From Candidatus Cloacimonadota bacterium (GTDB lineage: Bacteria; Cloacimonadota; Cloacimonadia; Cloacimonadales; TCS61), in NCBI GenBank assembly GCA_030445745.1, contig JASUTE010000001.1, positions 7,664-71,663 of the forward strand: a stretch of 64,000 nt of DNA, given 5' to 3'. The notes beneath the pieces were generated by a model. That model saw only the letters and a program-made list of their open reading frames with translations. It was not told where the DNA came from and searched no databases. The translations under genes and the position numbers were made by a program. Within the stretch, counting starts at the first letter, position 1; each line of letters opens with the position of its first letter. This document shows positions 7,902 through 17,133 of the stretch, piece after piece.

Positions 7902-9326
7902 CTATTTATCTAGTTTGATAGCCACAAACATATAATTGTCATCTCTGGTTTTTACTCTTAGCAAAACAACATCCTTTTTCAGGTCTGCTAATGCTTTTTT
8001 GAAATCTTTCACGTTTTTCACTGGTTCATTATCAATTTCCATTATCACCATTCCTGCTTCCAGTCCAGCTTTTCGGGCAGGAGAATCGGTAGAGACACTG
8101 GTAATAACCACACCATAATCTGCTTCAATATTATATCTTTCAGCGAATTCACTGTCCAGTGAAGTCACCTCAACTCCTAAAAGCTTTTCTTCTTGTGGTT
8201 TGCTGCTGTTTTTTGCTAAAATGTCTTCGTTACGTTCGGTTAGTTCAACTGTTAGTGTTTTTATTTTCCCATTTCGGGAAATTTTTAATGGTATTTCTTC
8301 ACCTATTTTGCTATTGGCAACAGTTATCATAAATTTAGAAACATTGGGAATCTTTTTTCCATTGAATTCCAAAATAACATCGCCAGCTTTCAGCCCGGCT
8401 TTTTCAGCGGGAGTATCTTCCATAACCTGTGCTACCAGCACTCCTGCTACCTCTTTTAATTCTAAGCTTTCTTTTAATTCAGGGGTAATTTCTTGGGGGC
8501 GAATACCCAAGTAAGCACGACGTACCTTTCCCACATCGATAAGGTCGGTAACTACTTTTTTAGCCATATTAATAGGTATGGCAAAACCAATTCCTACATT
8601 ACCGCGGTTAGGAGTAGTGATAGCTGCATTCACTCCAATTACTTCACCTTTGATATTTAACAATGGACCGCCACTGTTGCCAGGATTAATCGCAGCATCT
8701 GTTTGGATGTAATCCTGATAAATAGGAGAATCTTGGCCAAAATTTAAATTGGAACGGCCAGTAGCAGAAATTACACCCACGGTAACGGTACGATCTAATC
8801 CCAACTGGCCAAAGGGATTACCAATAGCTATTGCCCAAGCACCCACTTTTATCTCATCGGAATTTCCTAAAGGCGCTTCCACAACCTCCTCAGAATCTTC
8901 AACTTCAATTTTTATAACTGCTAGGTCGGTTTCTGAATCTAATCCAACTATTTCAGCTTCATACTTTGCTTTATCAGCTAAGGTAACAGTTATTTCACCC
9001 TCTTGTCCTTCTTGCACGACGTGGTTATTAGTGATGATATAGACATCTTTGCCATCTTGATCAAAGATAAATCCGCTTCCCATACTATAAGATTTTCTTG
9101 ATTGCGGTGCTCGAGGTATATCGGGAAAGAAAAAACGGAAAAATTCATCATTAAAAGGAAGTTGGCCAGTGTCCATTTTAACTTCATATTCCACTTGAAT
9201 GTTTACTACCGATTCACGAATGTTTTCTACAACTTTCACAAATGGACTTTCCAGAGTAAGTGGTAGTTGCGCTGTAACACTAGTAAAGATTAGTAATACG
9301 AGGCTGAGTGTGATTAATTTTTTCAT
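7902..9326 (-). CDS. htrA: Periplasmic serine endoprotease HtrA/DegP/DegQ family (trypsin-like domain plus 2 PDZ)
   Basis: The 474-aa ORF has a signal peptide. The catalytic motifs are 'TNNHVV', 'DLAVIKI' and 'GNSGGPLLN'. Two PDZ-like segments are present (LGI...AGLKAGDVI, AGLEAGMVI). Confidence 0.9.
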   Translation of the reverse strand: MKKLITLSLVLLIFTSVTAQLPLTLESPFVKVVENIRESVVNIQVEYEVKMDTGQLPFNDEFFRFFFPDIPRAPQSRKSYSMGSGFIFDQDGKDVYIITNNHVVQEGQEGEITVTLADKAKYEAEIVGLDSETDLAVIKIEVEDSEEVVEAPLGNSDEIKVGAWAIAIGNPFGQLGLDRTVTVGVISATGRSNLNFGQDSPIYQDYIQTDAAINPGNSGGPLLNIKGEVIGVNAAITTPNRGNVGIGFAIPINMAKKVVTDLIDVGKVRRAYLGIRPQEITPELKESLELKEVAGVLVAQVMEDTPAEKAGLKAGDVILEFNGKKIPNVSKFMITVANSKIGEEIPLKISRNGKIKTLTVELTERNEDILAKNSSKPQEEKLLGVEVTSLDSEFAERYNIEADYGVVITSVSTDSPARKAGLEAGMVIMEIDNEPVKNVKDFKKALADLKKDVVLLRVKTRDDNYMFVAIKLDK

Positions 9327-9461
9327 TAGAATCCTCCTTGAATTTTAATGTGAGTATGTATTCTTACTCACTTCTTTCTAATAAAAGGCTTAACAATTAT
9401 CCAAATTTACCAAACCTCCTTTAATCTTAAGAACAAAAATATTTGCTGTTTCAAGAAGTCA

Positions 9462-9493
9462 AATAAAAAAAATAGCCGCATTGCTGCGGCTAT
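9462..9493 (-). terminator. Rho-independent terminator of hsp20
   Basis: The stem ATAGCCGCA/TGCGGCTAT has a 4-nt loop. On the minus strand it is followed by T8. Confidence 0.8.
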
Positions 9494-9507
9494 CAGGAAA
9501 AGTAAGC

Positions 9508-9948
9508 TTATTTAACCGCGATTTTCTTAACAGGTTTAGGTTCTTTTTTAGGAAGAACTATTTCCAGCACTCCATCTTCAAACTTAGCATCGATATTGTT
9601 TCTGTCTACATTTTCGGAAAGAAAAATAGAGCGACGATAATTGCCACTATAACGTTCGCAACGATAGTAGGAACCCTTCTTTTCTTCCCTCTTTTCGTCT
9701 TGTTGGGCTTCAATTACTAGTTCATTGTCGTCCATAGAAATGCTTATGTTGTCTTTCTTTATTCCAGGAAGATCTGCAATTACTTGATAATTATCATCAT
9801 TTTCGATAACATCGATTGCCATCATGCGTTCATTTTCTTCAGCTATATCTTCATCAAAAAAACGCTGCAGAAAATTATCGAATAAACTTACTGCTGGGAA
9901 CAAATCTCTGTTTCTTCTATTCGAAGTTTTTTTTGGATAATTTTTCAT
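9508..9948 (-). CDS. Small heat-shock protein, Hsp20/alpha-crystallin family
   Basis: The ATG at 9948 is preceded by AAGGAGG, and the longer track start at 10011 lacks an RBS. The alpha-crystallin core reads 'DVIENDDNYQVIADLPGIKKDNISISMDDNELVIEA...FEDGVLEIVLPK'. Confidence 0.85.
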   Translation of the reverse strand: MKNYPKKTSNRRNRDLFPAVSLFDNFLQRFFDEDIAEENERMMAIDVIENDDNYQVIADLPGIKKDNISISMDDNELVIEAQQDEKREEKKGSYYRCERYSGNYRRSIFLSENVDRNNIDAKFEDGVLEIVLPKKEPKPVKKIAVK

Positions 9949-9983
9949 TTTATTACCTCCTTTTTTCAATGTTTTCACAACCA

Positions 9984-10011
9984 AATATAATACGGATTTC
10001 TCAGGATGCAA
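9984..10011 (-). promoter_or_regulatory. Candidate sigma70-type promoter of hsp20 (TTGCAT-16 nt-TATATT)
   Basis: On the minus strand, TTGCAT is at 10011-10006 and TATATT at 9989-9984, about 35 nt upstream of the start codon. Confidence 0.35.
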
Positions 10012-10019
10012 ATAAAAAA

Positions 10020-10046
10020 TTAGCAGACTAACAAAAAGAGTGCTAA
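10020..10046. promoter_or_regulatory. CIRCE-like inverted repeat (HrcA operator type)
   Basis: The sequence is TTAGCAGAC-N9-GAGTGCTAA, against the consensus TTAGCACTC-N9-GAGTGCTAA. The right arm matches 9/9 and the left arm 7/9. It lies in the divergent spacer between hsp20 and the nitroreductase gene, 8 nt upstream of the candidate hsp20 -35. Confidence 0.6.
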
Positions 10047-10112
10047 AAAATAGTTTGACACTTATCCGACCTGACTTAAATTATCGGGTGTACATAAAAA
10101 ATAGGGGGAATT

Positions 10113-10619
10113 ATGGTTTTGAATTCTATTAAAAAACGTTTTAGTGTACGTAAGTTTAAGGACAAAAAGATCGAACAGGAAAAATTAGATGAGATATTGG
10201 AAGCAGCCAGAATGGCGCCTTCGGCCCGCAATGTTCAACCCTGGAAATTTGTCGTTATTACCGATGCTAAAAAACGCGAAAAACTAACCGAAGTATGCAA
10301 AGGACAAACTTTTGTATCGCAGGCACCTGCTACCATTGCGGTGTGTGTAAATAATTTGGGCTACAAAATGGCTTGTGGTTTCCGTGGCGCTGTTATCGAT
10401 GCTGCCATTGCCGGAGAGCATATTGCTTTGCAAGCTGTCGAACTTGGTTTGGGAAGCTGCTGGATAGGATCTTTTCATCAAGATAAATTACGTCAACTTA
10501 TTAATCTGCCGGCCGAATACAAAGCTGTAGCTTTGTTACCAATTGGTTATCCAGATATCCAAAAAGGCAGTAGAACTCTAAAAGATAAACAAGAGGTAAT
10601 AAGTTATAATTCCTTTTAA
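10113..10619 (+). CDS. Nitroreductase-family flavoprotein
   Basis: The 168-aa ORF contains 'RFSVRKF....I......ILEAARMAPSARNVQPWKFVVI', the classic nitroreductase N-terminal signature. Confidence 0.8.
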   Translation: MVLNSIKKRFSVRKFKDKKIEQEKLDEILEAARMAPSARNVQPWKFVVITDAKKREKLTEVCKGQTFVSQAPATIAVCVNNLGYKMACGFRGAVIDAAIAGEHIALQAVELGLGSCWIGSFHQDKLRQLINLPAEYKAVALLPIGYPDIQKGSRTLKDKQEVISYNSF

Positions 10620-10680
10620 GTAACAAAACCTCGTTTTCCAGGTGGAAAGCGACTGAAATATAGATTAAGGAGAGATGCAT

Positions 10681-13257
10681 ATGAATGTAAACAGATTAAC
10701 TATTAAATCGCAAGAAGCTCTGGCCGAGGCCCAGCAACTAGCTGCCGATAACGGCCACCAAGAAATATCTTCCTTACATCTTCTGCAGGCTATGCTTAAA
10801 CAAGATGGTAGTTTTATTGGAAGCTTATTGCAAAAATTGGAAGTGGACACTGCGGCCTTGCGTAATAGAGTAGAACAGGAGCTGGAAAAATTGCCTAAAG
10901 TTAGTGGTGCTGTGCAGTCCACACTCTCGGCCGAGCTCAATAAGGTACTTTCGCAGGCGGAAAAAGAAGCTCAGAATTTGGGCGATGAATATGTGAGCTT
11001 GGAACACTTGCTGCTCGCAATTGTTGAAACGGCCAAATTACCTTTTAATTTGGAGAAATTGGGAGTAGAAAAGGATAAATTGCTTTTGGCTATGCGAGAA
11101 ATACGTGGTAATCAAAAGGTAACCGACCAAAATCCGGAAGCTAAATACCAGGCTTTGGAAAAATATACCCGCAACCTTACCCAACTGGCTCGTTTAGGAA
11201 AACTGGATCCAGTTATTGGGCGTGACGAAGAGATAAGGCGGACGATTCAAACCCTATCGCGCCGGCGCAAAAACAACCCAGTTCTTATTGGTGAGCCCGG
11301 TGTGGGTAAAACAGCTATCGTGGAAGGCTTAGCCAAACGAGTTGTAGATCTGGATGTACCAGAAAACCTAAAAAATAAAGATATTCTGGAACTGGATATG
11401 GGCTCGCTTCTGGCTGGAGCTAAGTTCAGAGGCGAATTTGAAGAACGTCTGAAAGCTGTGTTAAAAGAAGTTGAAAAAGCAGAGGGTAACATAATTCTAT
11501 TTATCGATGAGATCCACACAGTGGTAGGTGCAGGCGCTGCCGAGGGAGCAGTGGATGCTTCTAATATGCTAAAACCGGCTTTAGCCCGCGGAACGTTGCA
11601 TTGTGTGGGAGCTACTACCTTAGATGAATACCGAAAACATATCGAGAAAGATGCAGCCTTGGAAAGACGTTTCCAGCCAGTTTATATTTCCGAACCTTCG
11701 GTGGAAGATACTATCTCGATATTGCGCGGAATTAAGGAAAAATATGAAGTTCATCATGGGGTGCAGATCACCGATAGCGCTTTAGTAGCTGCTGCAGTGC
11801 AATCTCAGCGCTATATAAGCGACAGATTTTTGCCCGATAAGGCGATCGACCTGGTAGATGAAGCTTGCGCCAGTTTACGCATGGAGATAAATTCTATGCC
11901 GCAAGAATTGGATGATGTGGAACGCAAGCTTCGTCAGTTGGAGATCGAGAAACTTTCAATTAAGAAGGAGAAGGGAAAACTTTCCCATGAAAGATTGGGA
12001 AAGATAAACAATGAAATGGAAGAATTGCGAAGAAAGCAGGCTGATCTAAAAGTGCGCTGGCAGCATGAGAAGGAATTGCTGAAAAATATCAGCCGTATTT
12101 CCGAAGAGATAGATGAAATAAAAGCCGAAGCTGTAAGAGCTGAACGCGAAGGCGATTTGGGGAAAGTTTCTGAGTTAAAATATGGTAAACTGAACCAGAA
12201 AAAACAACAATTACAAGAACTTAAAGAGAAATTGGCTTCTATTCCCAAAGAAAAACGACTGCTAAAGGAACAAATCGATGACGAGATGATCTCGGAAATC
12301 ATTTCCAAGTGGACAGGCATTCCTGTTTCCAAACTGCTGGAAAGTGAACAGCAAAAACTGCTGAAGATGGAAGATGAACTGGCGAAACGAGTTGTAGGCC
12401 AAGATGAAGGTTTGCAAGCAGTTTCCAATGCTATTCGCCGCTCGCGCAGCGGTTTGGCAGATATAAAAAAACCCATTGGGACCTTTATGTTCATGGGGCC
12501 AACCGGTGTGGGGAAAACAGAGCTGGCTAAAGCTTTGGCCGAGTTTTTGTTCGATACCGAAAAGGCTATGGTGCGTATCGATATGAGCGAATTTATGGAA
12601 AAATACTCGGTTTCACGTTTGGTAGGCGCTCCACCGGGATATGTAGGTTACGAACAAGGTGGCTACCTAACCGAAGCAGTTCGCAGGCGGCCTTACAGTG
12701 TTATTTTGTTCGATGAAATAGAAAAAGCACATCAGGATGTTTTTAATATTCTACTGCAAATTTTAGATGATGGTCGCCTTACTGATGGGAAAGGACGCAC
12801 CGTAGATTTCAAAAATACGGTGATCATCATGACTTCCAACATAGCTTCTGATATGATCTATGAGCAAGATAAGATGGAAAATGAAGAGCTGAAGGAAAAA
12901 CTGCGCCTGGCTCTGCGCCAGCATTTCCGTCCAGAATTTCTGAATCGCTTGGATGATATTATTATCTTCCACAGACTGAACAAAGAACAAATTAAGCAGA
13001 TCGTGAAGATACAATTAGGTTATCTGCAGGAAAGACTGGCGGGAAAAAGCATAGAGCTAAATTTTACCGAAGCAGCTTTGAATGAACTGGCCGAATTAGG
13101 ATTTGATCCGCAATTTGGGGCCAGACCACTTAAGAGAGTGGTGCAAAAAGAGCTAGAAAACAAGCTGGCCATGCTACTGTTAGAAGGTAATTTGCACGAA
13201 GACAGCAAGGTGAAGGTAGATTATCAGAACAACAAATTCAGCTTTACAGAAGAATAA
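10681..13257 (+). CDS. clpB: ATP-dependent disaggregase ClpB
   Basis: The product has a Clp N-domain and two AAA+ modules ([16 protein letters not shown]) separated by a long coiled-coil M-domain. The ATG at 10681 is better spaced from AAGGAGAG than the ATG at 10675. Confidence 0.93.
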   Translation: MNVNRLTIKSQEALAEAQQLAADNGHQEISSLHLLQAMLKQDGSFIGSLLQKLEVDTAALRNRVEQELEKLPKVSGAVQSTLSAELNKVLSQAEKEAQNLGDEYVSLEHLLLAIVETAKLPFNLEKLGVEKDKLLLAMREIRGNQKVTDQNPEAKYQALEKYTRNLTQLARLGKLDPVIGRDEEIRRTIQTLSRRRKNNPVLIGEPGVGKTAIVEGLAKRVVDLDVPENLKNKDILELDMGSLLAGAKFRGEFEERLKAVLKEVEKAEGNIILFIDEIHTVVGAGAAEGAVDASNMLKPALARGTLHCVGATTLDEYRKHIEKDAALERRFQPVYISEPSVEDTISILRGIKEKYEVHHGVQITDSALVAAAVQSQRYISDRFLPDKAIDLVDEACASLRMEINSMPQELDDVERKLRQLEIEKLSIKKEKGKLSHERLGKINNEMEELRRKQADLKVRWQHEKELLKNISRISEEIDEIKAEAVRAEREGDLGKVSELKYGKLNQKKQQLQELKEKLASIPKEKRLLKEQIDDEMISEIISKWTGIPVSKLLESEQQKLLKMEDELAKRVVGQDEGLQAVSNAIRRSRSGLADIKKPIGTFMFMGPTGVGKTELAKALAEFLFDTEKAMVRIDMSEFMEKYSVSRLVGAPPGYVGYEQGGYLTEAVRRRPYSVILFDEIEKAHQDVFNILLQILDDGRLTDGKGRTVDFKNTVIIMTSNIASDMIYEQDKMENEELKEKLRLALRQHFRPEFLNRLDDIIIFHRLNKEQIKQIVKIQLGYLQERLAGKSIELNFTEAALNELAELGFDPQFGARPLKRVVQKELENKLAMLLLEGNLHEDSKVKVDYQNNKFSFTEE

Positions 13258-13263
13258 AATAGG

Positions 13264-13291
13264 ATGGACGAGGCTTTCTGGTCTCGTCCAT
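13264..13291 (+). terminator. Hairpin after clpB (probable terminator)
   Basis: The 9-bp stem ATGGACGAG...CTCGTCCAT lies 7 nt after the stop. Its T-tail is weak. Confidence 0.5.
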
Positions 13292-13544
13292 ATATTAGGA
13301 TAAAATGCAAAAGTTATGTGCATTAATTACCACAAAAGAGCCTTGCCCAAAGCTATTTTTATTGGTTCAACTTTTGTGATATTGGGTAGATTGAGGAAAA
13401 GTATTGGGATAATTTAAAATTTCCAAATCTGGCTTTTGCCAAATAGTTTACTAGCTCTTTTGCAATATATAGAAAATTGCAAAAAATAACTTGCTCTGTC
13501 TTCTGCTTTATAGGAATTTTACAAAAAATTATAAAGGAGTAGTT

Positions 13545-14516
13545 ATGAAACCTAAATTATTTCTAACCCGTAAATTACCCGAAAAGGTAATGCTGGAATT
13601 ACGAGATAAATTTGAGCTGAAATACAATCAAAAGGATAGAGTTTTAACTAAAGATGAGATCATAACAGGTGTAAAATGGGCCGATATTTTGCTCTGTCTG
13701 CTTACCGATTCTATCGATGCTGAGATTATCGCTGCTGGCGAAAATTTGAAGGGTATTAGTAACTATGCCGTTGGTTACAATAACATCGATGTTCGAGCAG
13801 CAACCGAGGCTGGAATTCCTATTTGCAATACTCCTGGCGTGCTTACCGAAACCACAGCCGATATGGCTTGGGCACTTATGTTCGCAGCAGCTCGCAGAGT
13901 GGTAGAAGCAGATAATTTTACCCGCAAGGGCAAATTTAAAGGTTGGGCACCAGAGCTTTTCTTAGGAAATGATATTTTTGGTAAAACTTTAGGGATAGTA
14001 GGAGCTGGACGCATCGGCCAAGCAGTTGCCAAAAGAGCTCGTGGTTTTGAAATGACTATTTTGTACACAGATCAAACCTCCAACCAATATTTGGATGAAG
14101 AACTGGGTGCAAAACGAGTGGAACTGGACGAACTTTTACAAAATAGCGATTTTGTGAGCCTACATGTGCCGCTAACTCCTCAAACTAACCATCTTATCAC
14201 CGGCAAACAATTACAAAAGATGAAAAAAACAGCAATCCTCATAAATACTTCGCGCGGAGCTGTGATAAAAGAAGCAGATCTGTTGCAAGCTTTGCAAAAT
14301 GGCACCTTAGCTGCTGCTGGGTTGGATGTTTTTGAAAATGAACCAAAATTGGAACCAGGTTTAATTGACTGCCCAAAAGTGGTACTTACCCCTCACATTG
14401 CCAGTGCCAGCAGACAAACCCGTACCAAAATGGGTTTGATGGCTGTTAAAAATGCTTGGCAAATGTGGCTGGGAGAAAAGCCTGAAAATATAGTTAATCC
14501 CCAGGTCTATAATTAG
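13545..14516 (+). CDS. D-isomer-specific 2-hydroxyacid dehydrogenase (glyoxylate/hydroxypyruvate reductase-like)
   Basis: The ATG at 13545 follows AAAGGAG. The NAD-binding site is 'GIVGAGRIGQAVAKRA'. Catalytic-region motifs include 'NTSRGAVI' and 'LDVFENEP...TPHIASAS'. Confidence 0.85.
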   Translation: MKPKLFLTRKLPEKVMLELRDKFELKYNQKDRVLTKDEIITGVKWADILLCLLTDSIDAEIIAAGENLKGISNYAVGYNNIDVRAATEAGIPICNTPGVLTETTADMAWALMFAAARRVVEADNFTRKGKFKGWAPELFLGNDIFGKTLGIVGAGRIGQAVAKRARGFEMTILYTDQTSNQYLDEELGAKRVELDELLQNSDFVSLHVPLTPQTNHLITGKQLQKMKKTAILINTSRGAVIKEADLLQALQNGTLAAAGLDVFENEPKLEPGLIDCPKVVLTPHIASASRQTRTKMGLMAVKNAWQMWLGEKPENIVNPQVYN

Positions 14517-14719
14517 CTTTAACCTAACTGAGAATGCGGGTTTATCTTCTATTGAAAATCATTCTCAATTCCTTTAGCAATGCGGGGTTATAAATTTTTC
14601 TTGACGGCAACTGGGTAAAATTTATGGAAGTCATGGATTTCTATAACTAAGTAAGTGTTTTAGTTGGAATTCCCAAGTATTTAATAGTTCATGAGTTTAT
14701 ATACATAGGAGGCATTTTA

Positions 14720-15088
14720 ATGAAAACCTTGGAAGAATTACGTAAGATTAGGCAAAAAGCTCAGCAACAGATGAAGCTTCGAGACAGCAAACACCGCGTG
14801 AAAGTGGTGGTAGGAATGGGAACTGCGGGGATTGCTATGGGTGCCCGCGAAGTGATGAAAACCATATTAGACGAAGTTTCTAAACGTAATCTGAGCGATG
14901 TTTTGGTAACTCAAACCGGTGAAAAAGGACTTTCCTCGATGGAACCAGTTGTGGATGTTATAGAAGAAGGAAAACCTGCCGTTACCTATGGAAATATTGA
15001 TCCAGAAAAAGCTAGAAGAATTGTAGCAGAACACATTGTGAACGGCAAAGTTGTTAACGACTACGTTGTGGTTACAGAACAAAAATAA
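14720..15088 (+). CDS. HndB-like thioredoxin-fold subunit of the hydrogenase, lacking all Cys ligands
   Basis: The 122-aa ORF has the HndB/NuoF-N-domain pattern 'KVVVGMGTAGIAMGAREV...VTQTGEKGLSSMEPVV' but contains no cysteine at all. It is the first gene of the hyd operon and has a GGAGG RBS. Confidence 0.6.
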   Translation: MKTLEELRKIRQKAQQQMKLRDSKHRVKVVVGMGTAGIAMGAREVMKTILDEVSKRNLSDVLVTQTGEKGLSSMEPVVDVIEEGKPAVTYGNIDPEKARRIVAEHIVNGKVVNDYVVVTEQK

Positions 15089-15099
15089 AGGGAGTTTAT

Positions 15100-15558
15100 A
15101 TGTACGAAAAGTTTATTAAAAAATACGCTCCAACCAAAGATAATCTCATTTACATTCTGCACGAAATTCAAGATAATCATCCTCAGCAGTATGTATCGGA
15201 AGAGGCTGTGCAAGAGGTTAGTGAATATCTTAAAGTTTCACCTGCTCATATTTATGGTGTGCTTACTTTTTACACCATGTTCAGCACTAAACCTCGCGGT
15301 AAGAATATTATCAGGCTGTGTGAATCTCCTCCATGTTTTTTGCGCGGTTCCGAACAGATCCTGAAAAAATTAAAAGAGAGCTTGGATGTAAAAATAGGTG
15401 AGACAACTAAAGATGGACTTTTTACATTAGAACTTTGCGCTTGCCTGGGTGTTTGTGGCAATGCACCGGTTATGATGATTAACGAAGATGTTTATGGTGA
15501 TCTTACCGAAAAAAAAGTCGAAAAAATTATTAATGATATCAAAGGGAGGCAAGAATGA
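15100..15558 (+). CDS. hydC: NuoE-like [2Fe-2S] subunit of [FeFe]-hydrogenase (HydC/HndA type)
   Basis: The 152-aa ORF has Cys motifs 'CESPPC' and 'CACLGVCGNAP', as in NuoE/HydC. Confidence 0.85.
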   Translation: MYEKFIKKYAPTKDNLIYILHEIQDNHPQQYVSEEAVQEVSEYLKVSPAHIYGVLTFYTMFSTKPRGKNIIRLCESPPCFLRGSEQILKKLKESLDVKIGETTKDGLFTLELCACLGVCGNAPVMMINEDVYGDLTEKKVEKIINDIKGRQE

Positions 15559-17114
15559 AATTTTATCGCAGCCATATACTAATTGGAATCGATGATTCTT
15601 CTTTGCAATCGGGCGTGAAAGAGATTGAAAACAGCCTCCGCCAGGAATTAGACAAAAATAATTTAAGTGATGAAGTAAATATATTGGAAACAGGCACATT
15701 AGGTTATTTCGGAACTGGTGTTAGCATTACTGTGTATCCCGACCAAATTACCTATGTGAATATTACAAAAGAAGATATTCCGGAAATCGTTTCCGAACAT
15801 TTCCTAAAAGGACGCCCAGTACGCCGTTTGATGTTGGATAAAGAGTTTACTTCCAAATATGATTTTGGTTACAAACGCCGTATAGTTTTGGAAAACTCTG
15901 GTTTAATCGATCCTGAAAATATAGAAGAATACATCGGAACTGGTGGTTATGAAGGCTGGGAAAAAGCTCTTACCGAAATGAAGCCAAACCAGATAGTGGA
16001 AGAAGTGAAACAATCTGGTCTGCGTGGACGTGGTGGTGCTGGTTTCCCAACTGGACTGAAATGGAGTTTTACTGCTCCCTTAGAAGTCGAGCAGAAATAT
16101 GTAGTAGTGAATGCAGATGAAGGTGAGCCTGGAACTTTTAAAGATCGCCTGATAATGGAAGGTGATCCGCATAAATTGCTGGAAGGTGTTATGATAGCAT
16201 CTCGTGCCGTAGGTGCTTCCAAGGCTTACATCTATATTCGCGGCGAATATAAATTATGTATTCAGCGCTTGCAACATGCTATAAAACAAGCATATGATTA
16301 TGGCATACTGGGTAAAAATATCTTTGGAAGCGATTTTAACTTGGATATCTACTTAAAAATTGGAGCTGGCGCCTATGTTTGCGGAGAGGAAACTGCGCTT
16401 ATCGAATCGATGGAAGGTAACCGGGGAAATCCACGTAATAAACCACCATTCCCAGGTGTAGAAGGTGCTTGGAAGGCTCCTACGGTTGTGAATAATGTGG
16501 AAACTTTGGCTAATGTTCCTTCCATTATAAAAAATGGAGCTGATTGGTATGCCGCTTTTGGTGTGGAAGGCTGCACAGGCAGCAAAGTTTACACCATTTT
16601 AGGAGATGTGAAACATCCCGGACTCTGCGAAGTTGATATGGGAACTCCTCTACGCACCATCATCGATGGCTACGGTGGCGGTATAAAAGATGGTAAAGAA
16701 TTCAAAGCTGCTCTGGTTGGCGGAGCTGCTGGTGTATTCCTACCCAATAAAATGCTGGATGTAAAAATGGACTTTAACAGCTTGCAAGAATATGCGGCTG
16801 TGTTGGGTTCAGGAGCTATTTTGGTGATGAATGAAGATGCCGATATGGTAGATATGCTGTGGTCTGTAATTCGTTTCTTCCGCCATGAATCCTGCGGAAA
16901 ATGCTCACCCTGTGCCAACGGTAACGAGATCTTGTATCGTTTGATAACCGATATAAGAAATGGCAAAGGCAAAGAAGAAGACTTGGAGCATATGATAATG
17001 CTTTCGGAAACAATGAAAGAATCCTCTTTCTGTGCATTGGGTCAATCTCTGCTTTTGCCGGTTAAGAGTGCTATTGAAAACTTCAGAGAAGATTTCCTAG
17101 CTAGAATGAAATAA
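15555..17114 (+). CDS. hydB: NuoF-like NAD(P)H/FMN subunit of [FeFe]-hydrogenase (HydB/HndC type), short form
   Basis: The FMN site is 'GLRGRGGAGFPTGLKW' and the NADH site is 'NADEGEPGTFKDR'. The N3 cluster motifs are 'ESCGKCSPC...SFCALG'. It overlaps hydC by 4 nt. The N-terminal domain is Cys-free and there is no C-terminal 2x[4Fe-4S] extension. Confidence 0.88.
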   Translation: MKFYRSHILIGIDDSSLQSGVKEIENSLRQELDKNNLSDEVNILETGTLGYFGTGVSITVYPDQITYVNITKEDIPEIVSEHFLKGRPVRRLMLDKEFTSKYDFGYKRRIVLENSGLIDPENIEEYIGTGGYEGWEKALTEMKPNQIVEEVKQSGLRGRGGAGFPTGLKWSFTAPLEVEQKYVVVNADEGEPGTFKDRLIMEGDPHKLLEGVMIASRAVGASKAYIYIRGEYKLCIQRLQHAIKQAYDYGILGKNIFGSDFNLDIYLKIGAGAYVCGEETALIESMEGNRGNPRNKPPFPGVEGAWKAPTVVNNVETLANVPSIIKNGADWYAAFGVEGCTGSKVYTILGDVKHPGLCEVDMGTPLRTIIDGYGGGIKDGKEFKAALVGGAAGVFLPNKMLDVKMDFNSLQEYAAVLGSGAILVMNEDADMVDMLWSVIRFFRHESCGKCSPCANGNEILYRLITDIRNGKGKEEDLEHMIMLSETMKESSFCALGQSLLLPVKSAIENFREDFLARMK

Positions 17115-17133
17115 TAATTAGGAGGATATAGAC

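Noticed and set aside
11934-12494. A 186-aa ORF lies antisense to clpB, with similar antisense ORFs at 11247-11519, 12763-13014 and 13020-13208.
   Set aside because: These are shadow ORFs opposite a highly conserved gene. Their Ser/Phe/Leu-rich low-complexity translations are typical of antisense frames of K/E-rich coiled-coil coding DNA.
13458-13484. An inverted repeat, TTTTGCAAT-N9-ATTGCAAAA, lies upstream of the 2-hydroxyacid dehydrogenase gene.
   Set aside because: It is A/T-rich with 9-bp arms in AT-rich spacer DNA, so it could easily be chance. There is no regulator gene nearby and no second copy in the window.
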